From a virus, in the IMG/VR virus record IMGVR_UViG_3300017917_002938, positions 1 through 64,000 of that record: 64,000 bases of DNA. One strand, given 5' to 3'. Of the stretch, positions 37,501 to 47,117 are shown one piece after another. Positions within the stretch are counted from its first letter, which is position 1. Each line of letters begins with the position of its first letter. The position numbers and the translations under genes are program-made. The notes beneath the pieces were generated by a model that saw nothing but the letters and a program-made list of their open reading frames with translations, ran no database searches and was not told the origin of the DNA.

Positions 37501-38871
37501 ACTCTCACCACTTATGAAGGTGTTAGATGTATTGACATTTACATCTACGTAATGAATTTCTGGGAAATACAGATACGTATTAGCCAGCATGTCCCCAGTA
37601 GTAGTATTAAAAATAATATTAGCTGTATTACTAGTGCTTCCAACGGTAGAAAATACCATAGAATTACCGGATAAATTAGCTGTGTATAATCTTCCTGTAT
37701 TAGGAAATGGTCCAATAACTGTATGTACTTGAGCGCTTGTTAGATTTTGAGTTACTTTTTCAAATCTTAAAAATGTGTTTGAGGTCGAACTCAACTTTGA
37801 TATCTGCATCACTTTATCAGATATAATTATTTGTGCTGAGTTAGAATATCCAGACCCTCCCCCCGGTGTAACTATAGGTTCACCTAATACTCTACCTCGC
37901 GTAACCCATTTAAAAAAACTTGAACTTGTTGAAATAGTATTGTACAGTATGTTATATAAACCTACCGTAGTTCCATCACCGTATAAAAATACATTGCTGG
38001 TGGGTTGGAATGTAGGGGGAACTAACCTGTAAGTTGAAGCAAGATCCGAAACAATATCCGTTATGGCAAAGTCAACTACTCCTGTTGTACTCTCTATACC
38101 AGTAATCCTTGCTTTACCTCTTATACCAAAATCAGAAACTATATCAACTATTTCACCCTCTTCAAACCCTCTTCCTCCTGTTGTTATATTCATGGAGGTT
38201 AACGACCCGGTTATTCTTGGAGCATTTGCTACTAACCCGTTTTCGGTAATAATATCACCGTATTGAAAATTTCCTCTGACATTACTTAAATAAAGAACAT
38301 CAATCATTCTACCGTTTACTACTCGAGTAATAATTTGTTCTATGAAAGCCTTAGCGCCAGACTTACTACCAGTTATTTCTTTGTTTAACAGCGAAGGAGT
38401 TCTACTAGAGCGCGTAACCTCTAGATATTTTGGCAGATACCATTTTCCTGACGATGCTCTTAAAATATCTCTACTAGGAAGATATACTTGTACAGTCTCT
38501 CCATACAACAATCTAAAAATTAAATCAAGAGATCTTTCACTACCTTTACTTCTGTAAAGGTCTTGAGCTGCTTTGAGTAGAAACTTTTTATTTGTTTGCG
38601 TTACGAACTGAATATTTTTAAGATATTTTTGATAGAAATATACTAAAAATTCATCTAGAGTCTTGTCAATGTCTCTGTTGTCAAGTAAATTTCTTGAGTA
38701 CGCCATGACGTACCCTCCATCCTTGACGGTACCATTATCAGTATACGTACGAGTTTCTAGCCACTTGTAGTACTCTTCTGCAAATAGAAGAAATAAAGGT
38801 CCTTCCTCTTTATAAAAAGATGGAAATTGTCCCTGTACTAAAGGGGAAATATATTCTTCTATTGGTCTCAT
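34588..38871 (-). CDS. gp7: Baseplate wedge initiator gp7-like
   Basis: QFPSFY..EEYYKWLE, DIDKTLDEF, LYRSKGSERS..FRLLYGE, SYYQEYSYEV...LHVAG. Located between gp6 and gp8. Confidence 0.8.
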   Translation of the reverse strand: MRPIEEYISPLVQGQFPSFYKEEGPLFLLFAEEYYKWLETRTYTDNGTVKDGGYVMAYSRNLLDNRDIDKTLDEFLVYFYQKYLKNIQFVTQTNKKFLLKAAQDLYRSKGSERSLDLIFRLLYGETVQVYLPSRDILRASSGKWYLPKYLEVTRSSRTPSLLNKEITGSKSGAKAFIEQIITRVVNGRMIDVLYLSNVRGNFQYGDIITENGLVANAPRITGSLTSMNITTGGRGFEEGEIVDIVSDFGIRGKARITGIESTTGVVDFAITDIVSDLASTYRLVPPTFQPTSNVFLYGDGTTVGLYNILYNTISTSSSFFKWVTRGRVLGEPIVTPGGGSGYSNSAQIIISDKVMQISKLSSTSNTFLRFEKVTQNLTSAQVHTVIGPFPNTGRLYTANLSGNSMVFSTVGSTSNTANIIFNTTTGDMLANTYLYFPEIHYVDVNVNTSNTFISGESVVQSNGSANVTTGIIESVTDTVVVELDTGSIAGGFAPGQFVRQGSTANGYIVGVPWKSNFNQSNVSYVVLANVQGTFSNLSGISAFSNVANVTFYLGNANPTFITSTKRLRITNTSGNSFNESNTIISTSGFVSGTIKASSNIGGYINSYSSVTASGNVMGSNVHTSWTAGQYGFGGGHLGLIDISNTFYYGVGSRLKGDESDIEVEITNIYSGQTANAQIGFIENAETVTVTSDRLAGNNDGLGTLSVPFMSVKLTGANATFGNILDVLVANGGTGYTNGYTSTTGGSPSSVANLQIVTNNSGTIEVIVPVDTGEGYSSDPTITLSGGSGANVIALFPYGFAGNQTGHLKTLLNDLLDSRNISIGSIASLTSINPGENYNIDPFVYPYEPLVASYNKQDVYIEYDGTPGLFRRGEAVIQSTTGTRYSLTTNALPITSNGGNYYGNNQLNTITISDGGWGYTNGTALNTSHQFRNTVYGTGLFFINAAFTSTITGSIAKANVSVVTNSNGTITSLVYNNRGVGITNAASVVIKGDAADTNKIRAVRIENGGASYTNNELVVFTGTGSGANAYITTNANGTITAVTISANGSGYTTIPSYTVSRILSSNVVINNGGTGYTNGDVLAFSGGGGINANGTVTTAANGTITSVALSNTGNYYTSTPSVTVTGSGSSANIAVTLKGIGEDLTVYTDAVFTSNTMPSLPIPGEYVYSLTNTSVYGVVNAASYDVDLNTYTVLIDPISGVFSNGAFRTITSKQLANGSVTNISLTTSVRGFIKSATPTPISNTNPRGWLLVRRQSLFKDFVVGKELIGSVTGTVANAQSVTVEAGSQAMGENAFIDARVISANGAVTNVEIIDSGLGYIQDETVSFTNRQGFSATAKTNILNQGVGEGRYLSTDGFLSDTKKLFDGSYYQEYSYEVQSAIPIETYRDVLREVLHVAGTQYFGGVLKTSVETIDITVENPSNSSITVS

Positions 38872-40664
38872 TATACTCTAATAGCCTCTACGTCTACTCT
38901 AATATCAATGTCTCTGATTTCCAGAATTACATTCTTGCTAGAAAAAATATCTTTTGTTACAGTATCAACAAATATTTTAATACCCTCACCATCGTAAGAT
39001 TGGATATTAAAATTATTAAGAATAATAGTACCTGTTCTATAATCTACAGTTCCAACAGTAGAAAGAACTTGATGGTTGTTTCCAACGGTAGTTACAATAT
39101 TAATATTACCCAACCCATCATCATTAAAATGACATGATCTATTATCGAAAGTAAAGCTAGTAGATGTAATAGAAGCTCTTTCGTTTTCTAAATTGAAAGG
39201 AGTAAGGTTATTGAAGGCGGATAATTCAAAACCAAAATTAACAACTATGTTATTAACTCTTCCTAACAAAGGGGTAATAATTTTAAAAGGTCTTATGAAG
39301 GTATCGTTACTGATAATACTAAAATGTGACTCATCAATATAGTTAGTAAGTCTACTATAACGAAGCGTCTTCTTAAAGTCAGATATATTGTCAGTGTTAT
39401 ATTGACTTATAGCAGACACAACCAACGTTTTAATATCATTGATCCTTAGATTTGTTTGTGTGACGTTATATCTTACCTTTGAATAAACATCAAGATATAA
39501 AAAGTCAGGATCTACGAATACTGGGTCTATAGAGAGAGGAGATCTTGGTTTGATAAAGTTATAAAATTCATCTACTAAACCTTGAGGTGTACCATCAGCG
39601 TTAGCAATATCAACGGAAATATAAACCTTACCGTATTGAGGGGGATCTAACTCTTCTCCACCAAAAGCTGCAATAGCATCTATTACAGGGAAGTTAGCTT
39701 TAAGTAAGTTTTCATAATCAGACGTGGTAATTGCTCTGTCTTGATTTTGGTAATAGCGAGGTGCGTTAAATTTTATAGATTCAATCGCTTCAGTAACAGC
39801 TCCGGAGCTAGCTGCTCGCACAGTACTGATTGCTGATATATTAGCTTGTCCTTGAATAGGTCCATCAATATCAAATACGTCGGTGCCATTAGGTAACTCT
39901 CCGTTACACACTCTGTACTCAACTAGAATAGTGGATCCATTTCGCGGTCTACGAGCAATAACATCATCACCAAATAGTAATTCAAATTGAGTATTTTCTG
40001 CACCCTGTAAAAAGTAAACTGTAGAGTTAGAATTTAAACCTAGAAAGCTCGTAGCGCGTGTGTATGGTACAACATTAGCACCATTATTTTCAATAATACT
40101 GACAACTATACTTCGTGTATCAACCGTTGGATTAGATAGTACAAATCGTTGGGTGTTGTTACTTGAGACGTATACAAAAGTTTCATATACGTAAGTACCT
40201 TCGTAAATTGTAAGGGAGTTAGCTTCGAAGTATCCATTACTGTTGAGACTTAACACTACGTTTTCTTCTGTAGAGAAGGTGTAAGAGTTAGATCCTACTC
40301 TAGTAGTAAAAGAGGTGCCGCGTGGAACTATCAATTGAGATATAGCGCTTGAAGGAGTAATGTTAAAGGATACTTGCGCTTCCGATGAGCGATAAGAGCG
40401 CGGTACGTAGTTTAATTCTTTAACGTGCGATAAAACACTGTCTCTTGTTTGAGCGGTATCCAAGAACATTTCTCTTGAAACCATATTAAGGTAAAACGAG
40501 TTGAGATAAGTGTTATACGCAAGAACGTCCAAGAGGACGTTCATGTTCGATCCTTCGTAGTCGTAATCCTTGAAAGGAGAATTAGAACGTTTTAAATATT
40601 CTTTTAAATTACTCTTGATCTCATCAAAATCAAGACTGGTTAGTGCGACGGATGTGTTAGCCAT
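38871..40664 (-). CDS. gp6: Baseplate wedge subunit gp6
   Basis: LDFDEIKSNLKEYL..FKDYDYEGS..LLDVLAYNT, ESIKFNAPRYYQNQDRAITTSDY, PPQYGKVYIS. Confidence 0.93.
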   Translation of the reverse strand: MANTSVALTSLDFDEIKSNLKEYLKRSNSPFKDYDYEGSNMNVLLDVLAYNTYLNSFYLNMVSREMFLDTAQTRDSVLSHVKELNYVPRSYRSSEAQVSFNITPSSAISQLIVPRGTSFTTRVGSNSYTFSTEENVVLSLNSNGYFEANSLTIYEGTYVYETFVYVSSNNTQRFVLSNPTVDTRSIVVSIIENNGANVVPYTRATSFLGLNSNSTVYFLQGAENTQFELLFGDDVIARRPRNGSTILVEYRVCNGELPNGTDVFDIDGPIQGQANISAISTVRAASSGAVTEAIESIKFNAPRYYQNQDRAITTSDYENLLKANFPVIDAIAAFGGEELDPPQYGKVYISVDIANADGTPQGLVDEFYNFIKPRSPLSIDPVFVDPDFLYLDVYSKVRYNVTQTNLRINDIKTLVVSAISQYNTDNISDFKKTLRYSRLTNYIDESHFSIISNDTFIRPFKIITPLLGRVNNIVVNFGFELSAFNNLTPFNLENERASITSTSFTFDNRSCHFNDDGLGNINIVTTVGNNHQVLSTVGTVDYRTGTIILNNFNIQSYDGEGIKIFVDTVTKDIFSSKNVILEIRDIDIRVDVEAIRV

Positions 40665-41092
40665 TAACGTACCCTAGATAGTAATAGTTCCAGTACTACT
40701 GGATCTGTTCTGTTTACAACGCCAAAAACAATAGTTACAGAGTATGTATTCATCTCTGGAATAGCTGTTACGATGACCTCTATTAGATCAGCTCTTGGCT
40801 CATAGTTCTTTATAGTTGTTTCAACATAGGTACGAATCAAGCTTTCCGTTTCAGCACTTATGTTTTCAAATAATGTTCTGTTAATATCACTTCCCAGATC
40901 TGGTTGAAACAGTCTTTCACCAGGGTTGGTAAATAGTAGATTCTTTATAGACTGGGATACAGCATCCTCGTTACCAAAACCGTCAACATCTTTTAAATTA
41001 GGATGACGGTCAAAACTATTCCTCATATCAAAATACAATACATCTGCTTTTGATCTAGGTGAGTAGTAGGACGCTTTAGTTATGATTGCCAT
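40664..41092 (-). CDS. gp25: Baseplate wedge subunit gp25
   Basis: AVSQSIKNLLFTNPGERLFQPDLGS...NYEPRA. Confidence 0.92.
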   Translation of the reverse strand: MAIITKASYYSPRSKADVLYFDMRNSFDRHPNLKDVDGFGNEDAVSQSIKNLLFTNPGERLFQPDLGSDINRTLFENISAETESLIRTYVETTIKNYEPRADLIEVIVTAIPEMNTYSVTIVFGVVNRTDPVVLELLLSRVR

Positions 41093-41093
41093 T

Positions 41094-42140
41094 TTATGCT
41101 CTAGCTTTTGCTGTTGGGGTATTTGTTATCACGCAAAATCTTATCGGTAATACAATTGCTAACCATTCAAGAGTGATACCAAGAAAGTTTAATAGGTTGA
41201 CTATGAATTCAAGAAACTTCTTAAGTATGTTTACTAAGAAGTTATTTAACCATGTTTTTATATCTGTAATTAACTTTACAAAATCAATGTTAGGAGCTAT
41301 AAGAGAGGGATTAATAGGTAGTTTCCAATCTATCGGGCGCCCAAATATTGGAAGACTTAAGAGTTTAATAGCTTCTACTAAATTGTGATATAACAGGCCT
41401 GCTTCTCCATATAACCTGTATGCTAGTTCTTTAACAGCACTTATTATTTGCTGTACGGTTAGACCACCAGTAGCTAGAATCTCAAGAACATAGCTAATTA
41501 CAGCATTAACAGCAGCATCCCATAACGCCTTTAAATCGAAACGCTTTGTTGCGGCAGCCCAGGCACCAATTAAAGTTTGTATTAAATCTATTATTTGTTT
41601 GATCTTTCTAATTATAGCTGATACTAACGAATCACATATTGCTTTTGTAAGATACCAAACTTCTTTACCCGCATCAATAATGTTGTCGAAAAATTTACGA
41701 GGTATACCTAAAAAATCTAGTATGCTGTTGAGAGCGGCTTTTCCGCTCTCAAATAATTCTTTTATTCTTTGAGCTAAAATTTTAATAAAGTCATATCTGA
41801 ATACATCTGATACTTTTAATTCTAGTACTGGCAGCGTTAAGTCAAGAAAACTACCACCAATAGCTTTCAACAGTGCAAGAAGTTTTTCAAATACTGCTTT
41901 CAATACATCTATTAAATTAATATTGAATAGTCTAGTAACTGCTTCTTTTATTTCTTCTAATGGATTTATAGTTCCATCTCTTCTACACTCCCATCCAATC
42001 AACGGAATATCAATTCCAATCACAGTAGTACCTGGCTGGTTAGGAGCCTTGGAAGCGATAACTTCATACAATGTTTGCATGCTTACTGCTTTAGTAGCAT
42101 CTAAAGTTATATCGCTAGTGACGTGTTGGACTTCAAGCAT
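41094..42140 (-). CDS. Hypothetical amphipathic-helix protein between gp5 and gp25
   Basis: 348-aa I/L/K/F-rich ORF, tightly coupled to both neighbours. Confidence 0.7.
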   Translation of the reverse strand: MLEVQHVTSDITLDATKAVSMQTLYEVIASKAPNQPGTTVIGIDIPLIGWECRRDGTINPLEEIKEAVTRLFNINLIDVLKAVFEKLLALLKAIGGSFLDLTLPVLELKVSDVFRYDFIKILAQRIKELFESGKAALNSILDFLGIPRKFFDNIIDAGKEVWYLTKAICDSLVSAIIRKIKQIIDLIQTLIGAWAAATKRFDLKALWDAAVNAVISYVLEILATGGLTVQQIISAVKELAYRLYGEAGLLYHNLVEAIKLLSLPIFGRPIDWKLPINPSLIAPNIDFVKLITDIKTWLNNFLVNILKKFLEFIVNLLNFLGITLEWLAIVLPIRFCVITNTPTAKARA

Positions 42141-42825
42141 TTGGGTTAAGTAGTATTGTTCCTGCAGCCTGAATGGTTATATTACCCTCAGACTCTATTC
42201 TGACATCGCCTTTGACAAATACTGTTTTTGATCCTACAACCACCTCAATATCATCGTCAGCGACTTTTGTAACCATTCGGCCATCATTATTAATTTCTAC
42301 GTACGTCCCTGACTTATGATAAACGTGTATTCTTTCTTTATCGGGAGTATCATCAATTTCTATTACGTGTCCGCCTTCTGTTCGCATTACTTTATTGTAA
42401 GGATATTTAGCACCAAAAGCGGAACCTGGTTCAGGTCCTTCAAGCCTTTTGTCTATCTTGTTTATTCCTAACGCTTCGTAAGGTAGATCATTATGTTCGT
42501 CATTATTCTTACTATCTGAATTACCAGGTAAGGTCCCAATCACTACAGGGTAGTTACCGTTTTCTGCGTCCATAAAAAACCCAAAAACTATAGTTCCAAC
42601 AACCGCTCCTGTAGCAAATCCACCAGTTTTCTTTGACGCTGCATTTGTAATAGGTAAAAGAGGTACAGCCCAAGGTAAATTGTCTGTCGATACCTTGGTC
42701 TTTTCTATAGGATGCACATTATAAATGCGAACACGCATCCTTCCTAACTTAAGAGGGTCTTCTCTATCTTCTACCTCACCAATAAACCATCTGAACCCTT
42801 CACTGCCAGCGTATAATGCATGCAT
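42133..42825 (-). CDS. gp5: Baseplate hub/spike gp5 (OB fold + short beta-helix, no lysozyme domain)
   Basis: WFIGEVEDREDPLKLGRMRVR, LPWA, VFGFFMD, YPYNKV.RTEGGHVIEIDDTP..ERIHVYHKSGT. Confidence 0.9.
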   Translation of the reverse strand: MHALYAGSEGFRWFIGEVEDREDPLKLGRMRVRIYNVHPIEKTKVSTDNLPWAVPLLPITNAASKKTGGFATGAVVGTIVFGFFMDAENGNYPVVIGTLPGNSDSKNNDEHNDLPYEALGINKIDKRLEGPEPGSAFGAKYPYNKVMRTEGGHVIEIDDTPDKERIHVYHKSGTYVEINNDGRMVTKVADDDIEVVVGSKTVFVKGDVRIESEGNITIQAAGTILLNPNA

Positions 42826-44072
42826 TATTTTAGTCCTAACTTATTACAATCGAATGTTATTGAATGCTTGAACTTGCGTTCCTCAAGATATACGATGTGT
42901 CTTAATCTTGTTATTAAGTAATTACCTGAATGTAAAGGATCGCTTTTTTCTGTCTGCTCAACTCCTGACGCATCAGGCAATTCTAGCTTTACCATCATAC
43001 CGGCGGCGAGTTGTGAATCTCCGTGCACCTCCACTCTCACCATACTCTCATTAAACAGAGAGAAAAAAGCTGTCCTATAACCTAACATGTCGCCTACAAA
43101 ATCATTAGGTCTACTGCTATCAGTAGCAATAAAATATCTCTGACCTCCACTTTCATTTTCAGAAATAAACTGATCAGAATTGTTTATTGAGGATTTAGTT
43201 GACGCGTAAGGTATTTTACTTTTTTGTTGTGATAGTTTGAACTCAACATCGTTGTATTTTTTAGTTTTTAAATCAAATACTTTTACCTTGTTACTTAAAG
43301 TACCAGATTGAGTTTTACGGTACGTATCAAACGAAGTCAAGTGTTGGAAATTTATTATATTTCTAAACTGAAAATTTCTTGATTCTTTATTAGTATTGAC
43401 CCCTGGTAGTGCTCTAAATATTCTGTTTTCAGAAACTGTTTTCTCTTCTTCTATAAGTTGTTCTATACTTTTGAACTGAAACCCATATTGGTTTTCAAAA
43501 AATACGTACACACCACCTGTAGGTGCTTTACTAACAGCTCTCATTTTTAAAAAATCAATAGCTTGAAGCCCTTGCATTTTAGGTATAATAAGATTAACAA
43601 TACCTTTTGTGTCTTCTATAGCTACCGTCTTTTTTGATTTGATTTTATTTTTTAAAATATCTATTACGATATTAGATATAGAATCTTTATATCCATTTTC
43701 AACTACCACGTTTGCACTACTAAAGTGCTCAGCAGAAACTGCCCTGATAACGTAAGCTGCACTCGTACCAGTGGTATTAATAACTTTATTGTTTACGCTA
43801 AAGACCTTAAGCTTGTAAATTGTCTCTTTATCTCGGAAAGGAGATGTAAACTTTACTGTAATTTCTTCTTCACCTACAATAGGAAGCTTACCTATTAAAT
43901 TAATAGAGTCCTGAACTACAAACTCAGCATACACAGTAGGTTCATAAATGTCTTCATAAATTGAAAATGTTATAACTTGTCCTCTGATATCAATATCATT
44001 ACCTCCGAGAACAGATTTTATTCTCAGACTAACAAGATTGATATCTCCTAATTCGTAATTACTAGTTCTCAT
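42825..44072 (-). CDS. Baseplate hub protein (gp27-like position)
   Basis: FSIYEDIY..DSINLIGKLPIVGEE, YVFFENQYGFQF, HGDS.L.AG, SGNYLITRLRH. Located between gp53 and gp5. Confidence 0.75.
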   Translation of the reverse strand: MRTSNYELGDINLVSLRIKSVLGGNDIDIRGQVITFSIYEDIYEPTVYAEFVVQDSINLIGKLPIVGEEEITVKFTSPFRDKETIYKLKVFSVNNKVINTTGTSAAYVIRAVSAEHFSSANVVVENGYKDSISNIVIDILKNKIKSKKTVAIEDTKGIVNLIIPKMQGLQAIDFLKMRAVSKAPTGGVYVFFENQYGFQFKSIEQLIEEEKTVSENRIFRALPGVNTNKESRNFQFRNIINFQHLTSFDTYRKTQSGTLSNKVKVFDLKTKKYNDVEFKLSQQKSKIPYASTKSSINNSDQFISENESGGQRYFIATDSSRPNDFVGDMLGYRTAFFSLFNESMVRVEVHGDSQLAAGMMVKLELPDASGVEQTEKSDPLHSGNYLITRLRHIVYLEERKFKHSITFDCNKLGLK

Positions 44073-44956
44073 GCTGGGGTCAGTACTTGCTGTAGTTCTT
44101 CTTCTATCTGTCCAATGAAGGCTTTATCAATAAGTCGAATATGCTTTTTATCTTCATTAAGCTCAGTTTCATAATCATACGCATTAATTAATTCCCAGTA
44201 AATACTTTCTGTTTCAGAAATATCGGTAGAAAGTACAGTAGCATTATTAATAATAGAGGAGCTTGATGTGTTAACTACAATAGCAGTTTTGTCCGATCTC
44301 GTAACAATGCTGCCGGAAGTACTTACAAACGTACCTGAGATGTATTGCAATACTATATTGTTACCGTAAATGTTTTTAATATATCCACTTCCTACTTCTG
44401 TACCGCCGTTAGATTGAGTTAACTTCTCACCTAGTATATACCCAGGTACCGTGTTACTGTAAGTTAATTGTATTGTCTTATTGGTCTCTACTGCAATATC
44501 AATTTGCTTTCTTGAATAGCTTACAATATTCTGGTTATATCCAACTGTAGGATTCCAGTATTTTTTTCGTGCAGCTGGTAGTGCTTGGTATTGTACAGGA
44601 GTAATTATTGAGTCGTCACCGTACCAGTTAACTCTATAAAACATAGGAGTGCTTAAAGCAGCTTCCATCGACCCATATTTTTTATTAATAAAGTTTTTAA
44701 AATCTTTATCAAACAAAGGCCATTCATAGTAAGGGTCTACTATTTCATTAGCAAGATATATTACCCAGGAATACCTAGGATCGCCGTAGTAAAAATTAGC
44801 TATAGTATCCGGGCGCTGACCTTCTGTAACCGTGTATGGGTAAAATATATTAATTGTTTTTCTTGTAAGCTCGTTAAATTTAACGCTAGCAAGAATGTTT
44901 AACGCAGGGTTGTTGAGGTAGTCTATTATCGGAAATTTTTCAAAATAATTGTACAT
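44069..44956 (-). CDS. gp53: Baseplate wedge protein gp53
   Basis: YFEKFPIIDY, GQRPDTIANFYYGDPRYSWVIYLANEIVDPYYEWP, YDYETELNEDKKHIRLI. Confidence 0.9.
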   Translation of the reverse strand: MYNYFEKFPIIDYLNNPALNILASVKFNELTRKTINIFYPYTVTEGQRPDTIANFYYGDPRYSWVIYLANEIVDPYYEWPLFDKDFKNFINKKYGSMEAALSTPMFYRVNWYGDDSIITPVQYQALPAARKKYWNPTVGYNQNIVSYSRKQIDIAVETNKTIQLTYSNTVPGYILGEKLTQSNGGTEVGSGYIKNIYGNNIVLQYISGTFVSTSGSIVTRSDKTAIVVNTSSSSIINNATVLSTDISETESIYWELINAYDYETELNEDKKHIRLIDKAFIGQIEEELQQVLTPA

Positions 44957-44970
44957 GCTAGGTCTCCGAT

Positions 44971-46068
44971 TTAACCAACGTTGTTAATGTCTCTAGGTTC
45001 AGTAGTTGCTGAACCGTATCTCTGAGATGATTCACCAGTAGATACTTTTCCACCAGACTCACTGAACGCTGCAAAATTATCAATAACGTCCTTTCTTACC
45101 CATGGCTCAATTTCACCGAAATTAAGTGATAATTCTATTTCTACTGGTTCCCTTGTACCTGCAAAAAAAGCTGGAGTACCCTGAGGTGCAAAATTAACTG
45201 ACATAGATTTTAAATGACACTTCTTAATAAAGTATAAGTTGTCAATAGCTGGCCCAAACGATATGTCGCAAACATCAGGAAATGTGTAAGTTAGTCTGTG
45301 AGTTCCTTCGTCGGGGTGCATTCTTACTTTAAATTCTTTAATAATTCTTCTTAGCTCTCTACTTTCATCTGGAGAGTTTGGAGAAAATTTATATGAGAAG
45401 GAATGCTCTCTTAAATTAATACCCTGAAATTGGAGTGCTTGGAAAGGATTCAAAACCGTACCGGTATATCTTTCGAAAGCAGTTCCTGCCGTATCACTGA
45501 TACTACCGACTACGGTTCTAGCTGCGTAAGTCATAGCCTCACTGCTAGAAACTGTTTGACCTAGATTTTTAAAGATCTCTCTTACTTGTTTATCAGAAAC
45601 ATTTTTACCTTTGAAAGCATCATCTAGCCCTTTTATAAGACCTGTATCTTTCAAAACTCCAAAAAGTCCAATCTGCTTATCTGCATAACTCATATTGTGA
45701 GCGTCTATTAGATTGGAAGGAATAGGAAGTTTGATTACCGATTTAATTTTTTCAGTAGTTGATTGTGTCGGGTTAGTTCGAGAAAGCGTATGAAATTTAA
45801 ATTGAACGTAATAGTCTTTGAGGGTGGATGGATATTGGTAATTGCCTCCCTCTTTGTATTTTTCTGCTGCTTTAGTTGGACTAGAGCTATCAAAAAAAGC
45901 AGGTGGCATCGCGTCAGCCGGTGTAAGCTGACCTGTTTTAACGTTCAAAGAACTACCTCCAGCAGAACCTCCTGGCACATTTTTTGTTTGTGAGCTTGCT
46001 TTAAGTACTTGGGAAAGTGCTGCAACCGCGGTTGCTGCTGTTAATAACTTGGTTATGACCGTTGCCAT
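44971..46068 (-). CDS. gp48: Baseplate tail-tube cap gp48-like
   Basis: LPIPSNL, NPFQALQFQGINLREHSFSYKFSPNSPDES, C.LKSMSVNFAP, PVEIELSLNFGEIE. Confidence 0.8.
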   Translation of the reverse strand: MATVITKLLTAATAVAALSQVLKASSQTKNVPGGSAGGSSLNVKTGQLTPADAMPPAFFDSSSPTKAAEKYKEGGNYQYPSTLKDYYVQFKFHTLSRTNPTQSTTEKIKSVIKLPIPSNLIDAHNMSYADKQIGLFGVLKDTGLIKGLDDAFKGKNVSDKQVREIFKNLGQTVSSSEAMTYAARTVVGSISDTAGTAFERYTGTVLNPFQALQFQGINLREHSFSYKFSPNSPDESRELRRIIKEFKVRMHPDEGTHRLTYTFPDVCDISFGPAIDNLYFIKKCHLKSMSVNFAPQGTPAFFAGTREPVEIELSLNFGEIEPWVRKDVIDNFAAFSESGGKVSTGESSQRYGSATTEPRDINNVG

Positions 46069-46073
46069 AAATA
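46066..46073 (+). promoter_or_regulatory. Late promoter-like CATAAATA for the gp4 operon
   Basis: 6 nt upstream of the gp4 ATG (46080), overlapping the gp48 start codon on the opposite strand. Confidence 0.6.
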
Positions 46074-46079
46074 CTCTCT

Positions 46080-46520
46080 ATGAGTTATAAGGGATTTTTT
46101 AAGCCTAGGAATCCATCTAAATATAGAGGAGATCCTACAAAAATTATTTATCGTAGTTCTTGGGAACTACGATTGATGTCGTATTTAGATAGCCATCCAG
46201 ACGTAGTTGAATGGGCTAGCGAAGAGTTCTGTATTCCTTATCGCTCCCCTATAGATGGCAAGATTCACAGGTATTTTCCTGATTTCTACATTAAAAAGAA
46301 AAGTGCTTCTACAGGTTTGATAGAATCTATAGTCGTAGAAGTAAAACCTATGTCGCAATCGATGCCACCTACTGTTAAGAAAAAACCAACAAAAAGGTAT
46401 CTAAAAGAAGTTATGACTTGGGGTGTGAACGAAGCAAAATGGAAAGCAGCTAAAGCTTTTTGCGAGGATAGAAAATGGAAGTTTCAAGTAATGACCGAAC
46501 GAGAATTAGGAATTAAATAA
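46080..46520 (+). CDS. gp4: Head completion nuclease gp4
   Basis: YKGFFKPRNPSKYRGDPTKIIYRSSWE, HRYFPDF, EVKP, VNEAKWKAA. Confidence 0.93.
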   Translation: MSYKGFFKPRNPSKYRGDPTKIIYRSSWELRLMSYLDSHPDVVEWASEEFCIPYRSPIDGKIHRYFPDFYIKKKSASTGLIESIVVEVKPMSQSMPPTVKKKPTKRYLKEVMTWGVNEAKWKAAKAFCEDRKWKFQVMTERELGIK

Positions 46521-47116
46521 TGGCCGATTATTTTTCAAATCTGTTGAAAACCAGTACTTACAAACAAAGCATGCCTGCTAAAACCGCAGAGGCTGTTACG
46601 TGGTATAGAAAAAAAGCATCGGGCGTACCCACATTGAAGCCTGAAACTTCAATTAAAAAGCTTACCAATCAAGCTGTAAATACAGTAAGACCAGGTAGAC
46701 TTTATCTATACGGATATGATCCAAAACTTAAAAATGTTTTACCTTACTATGATATGTTTCCTATAGTATTTCCATTTGCAAAAACTCCTAACGGGTTTAT
46801 GGGTATAAACATGCACTATTTACCTCTTGTACTGAGAGCCAAGTTGATGGATAACCTTACAACATTAATCAATAATGACAAAGAAGATGAAACTACCAAA
46901 CTAAGACTATCTTATGATATTCTTAATAGCGCGGCTAGATTTAAATACTTTAAACCTTGTGTAAAACAGTATCTAAATAGTCATGTAAGAACACGTCTAA
47001 TTGAAATAACCCCCGCTCAATGGGAAACAGCTATTTTTCTACCTCTACAACGTTTTGCAAAAGCTAGTAACGAAAAGGTTTGGAAAGACAGTAGAGCAAT
47101 TATAAACAGGAATTAA
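46520..47116 (+). CDS. gp2: DNA end protector gp2
   Basis: YDPKLKNVLPYYDMFP, GINMHYLP, PCVKQYL..HV, FLPLQRF..VWKDS. Confidence 0.92.
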   Translation: MADYFSNLLKTSTYKQSMPAKTAEAVTWYRKKASGVPTLKPETSIKKLTNQAVNTVRPGRLYLYGYDPKLKNVLPYYDMFPIVFPFAKTPNGFMGINMHYLPLVLRAKLMDNLTTLINNDKEDETTKLRLSYDILNSAARFKYFKPCVKQYLNSHVRTRLIEITPAQWETAIFLPLQRFAKASNEKVWKDSRAIINRN

Positions 47117-47117
47117 A

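Noticed and set aside
46080-46520. TnsA-like transposase
   Set aside because: Sequence and synteny identify it as T4-like gp4. No transposon ends or partner genes.
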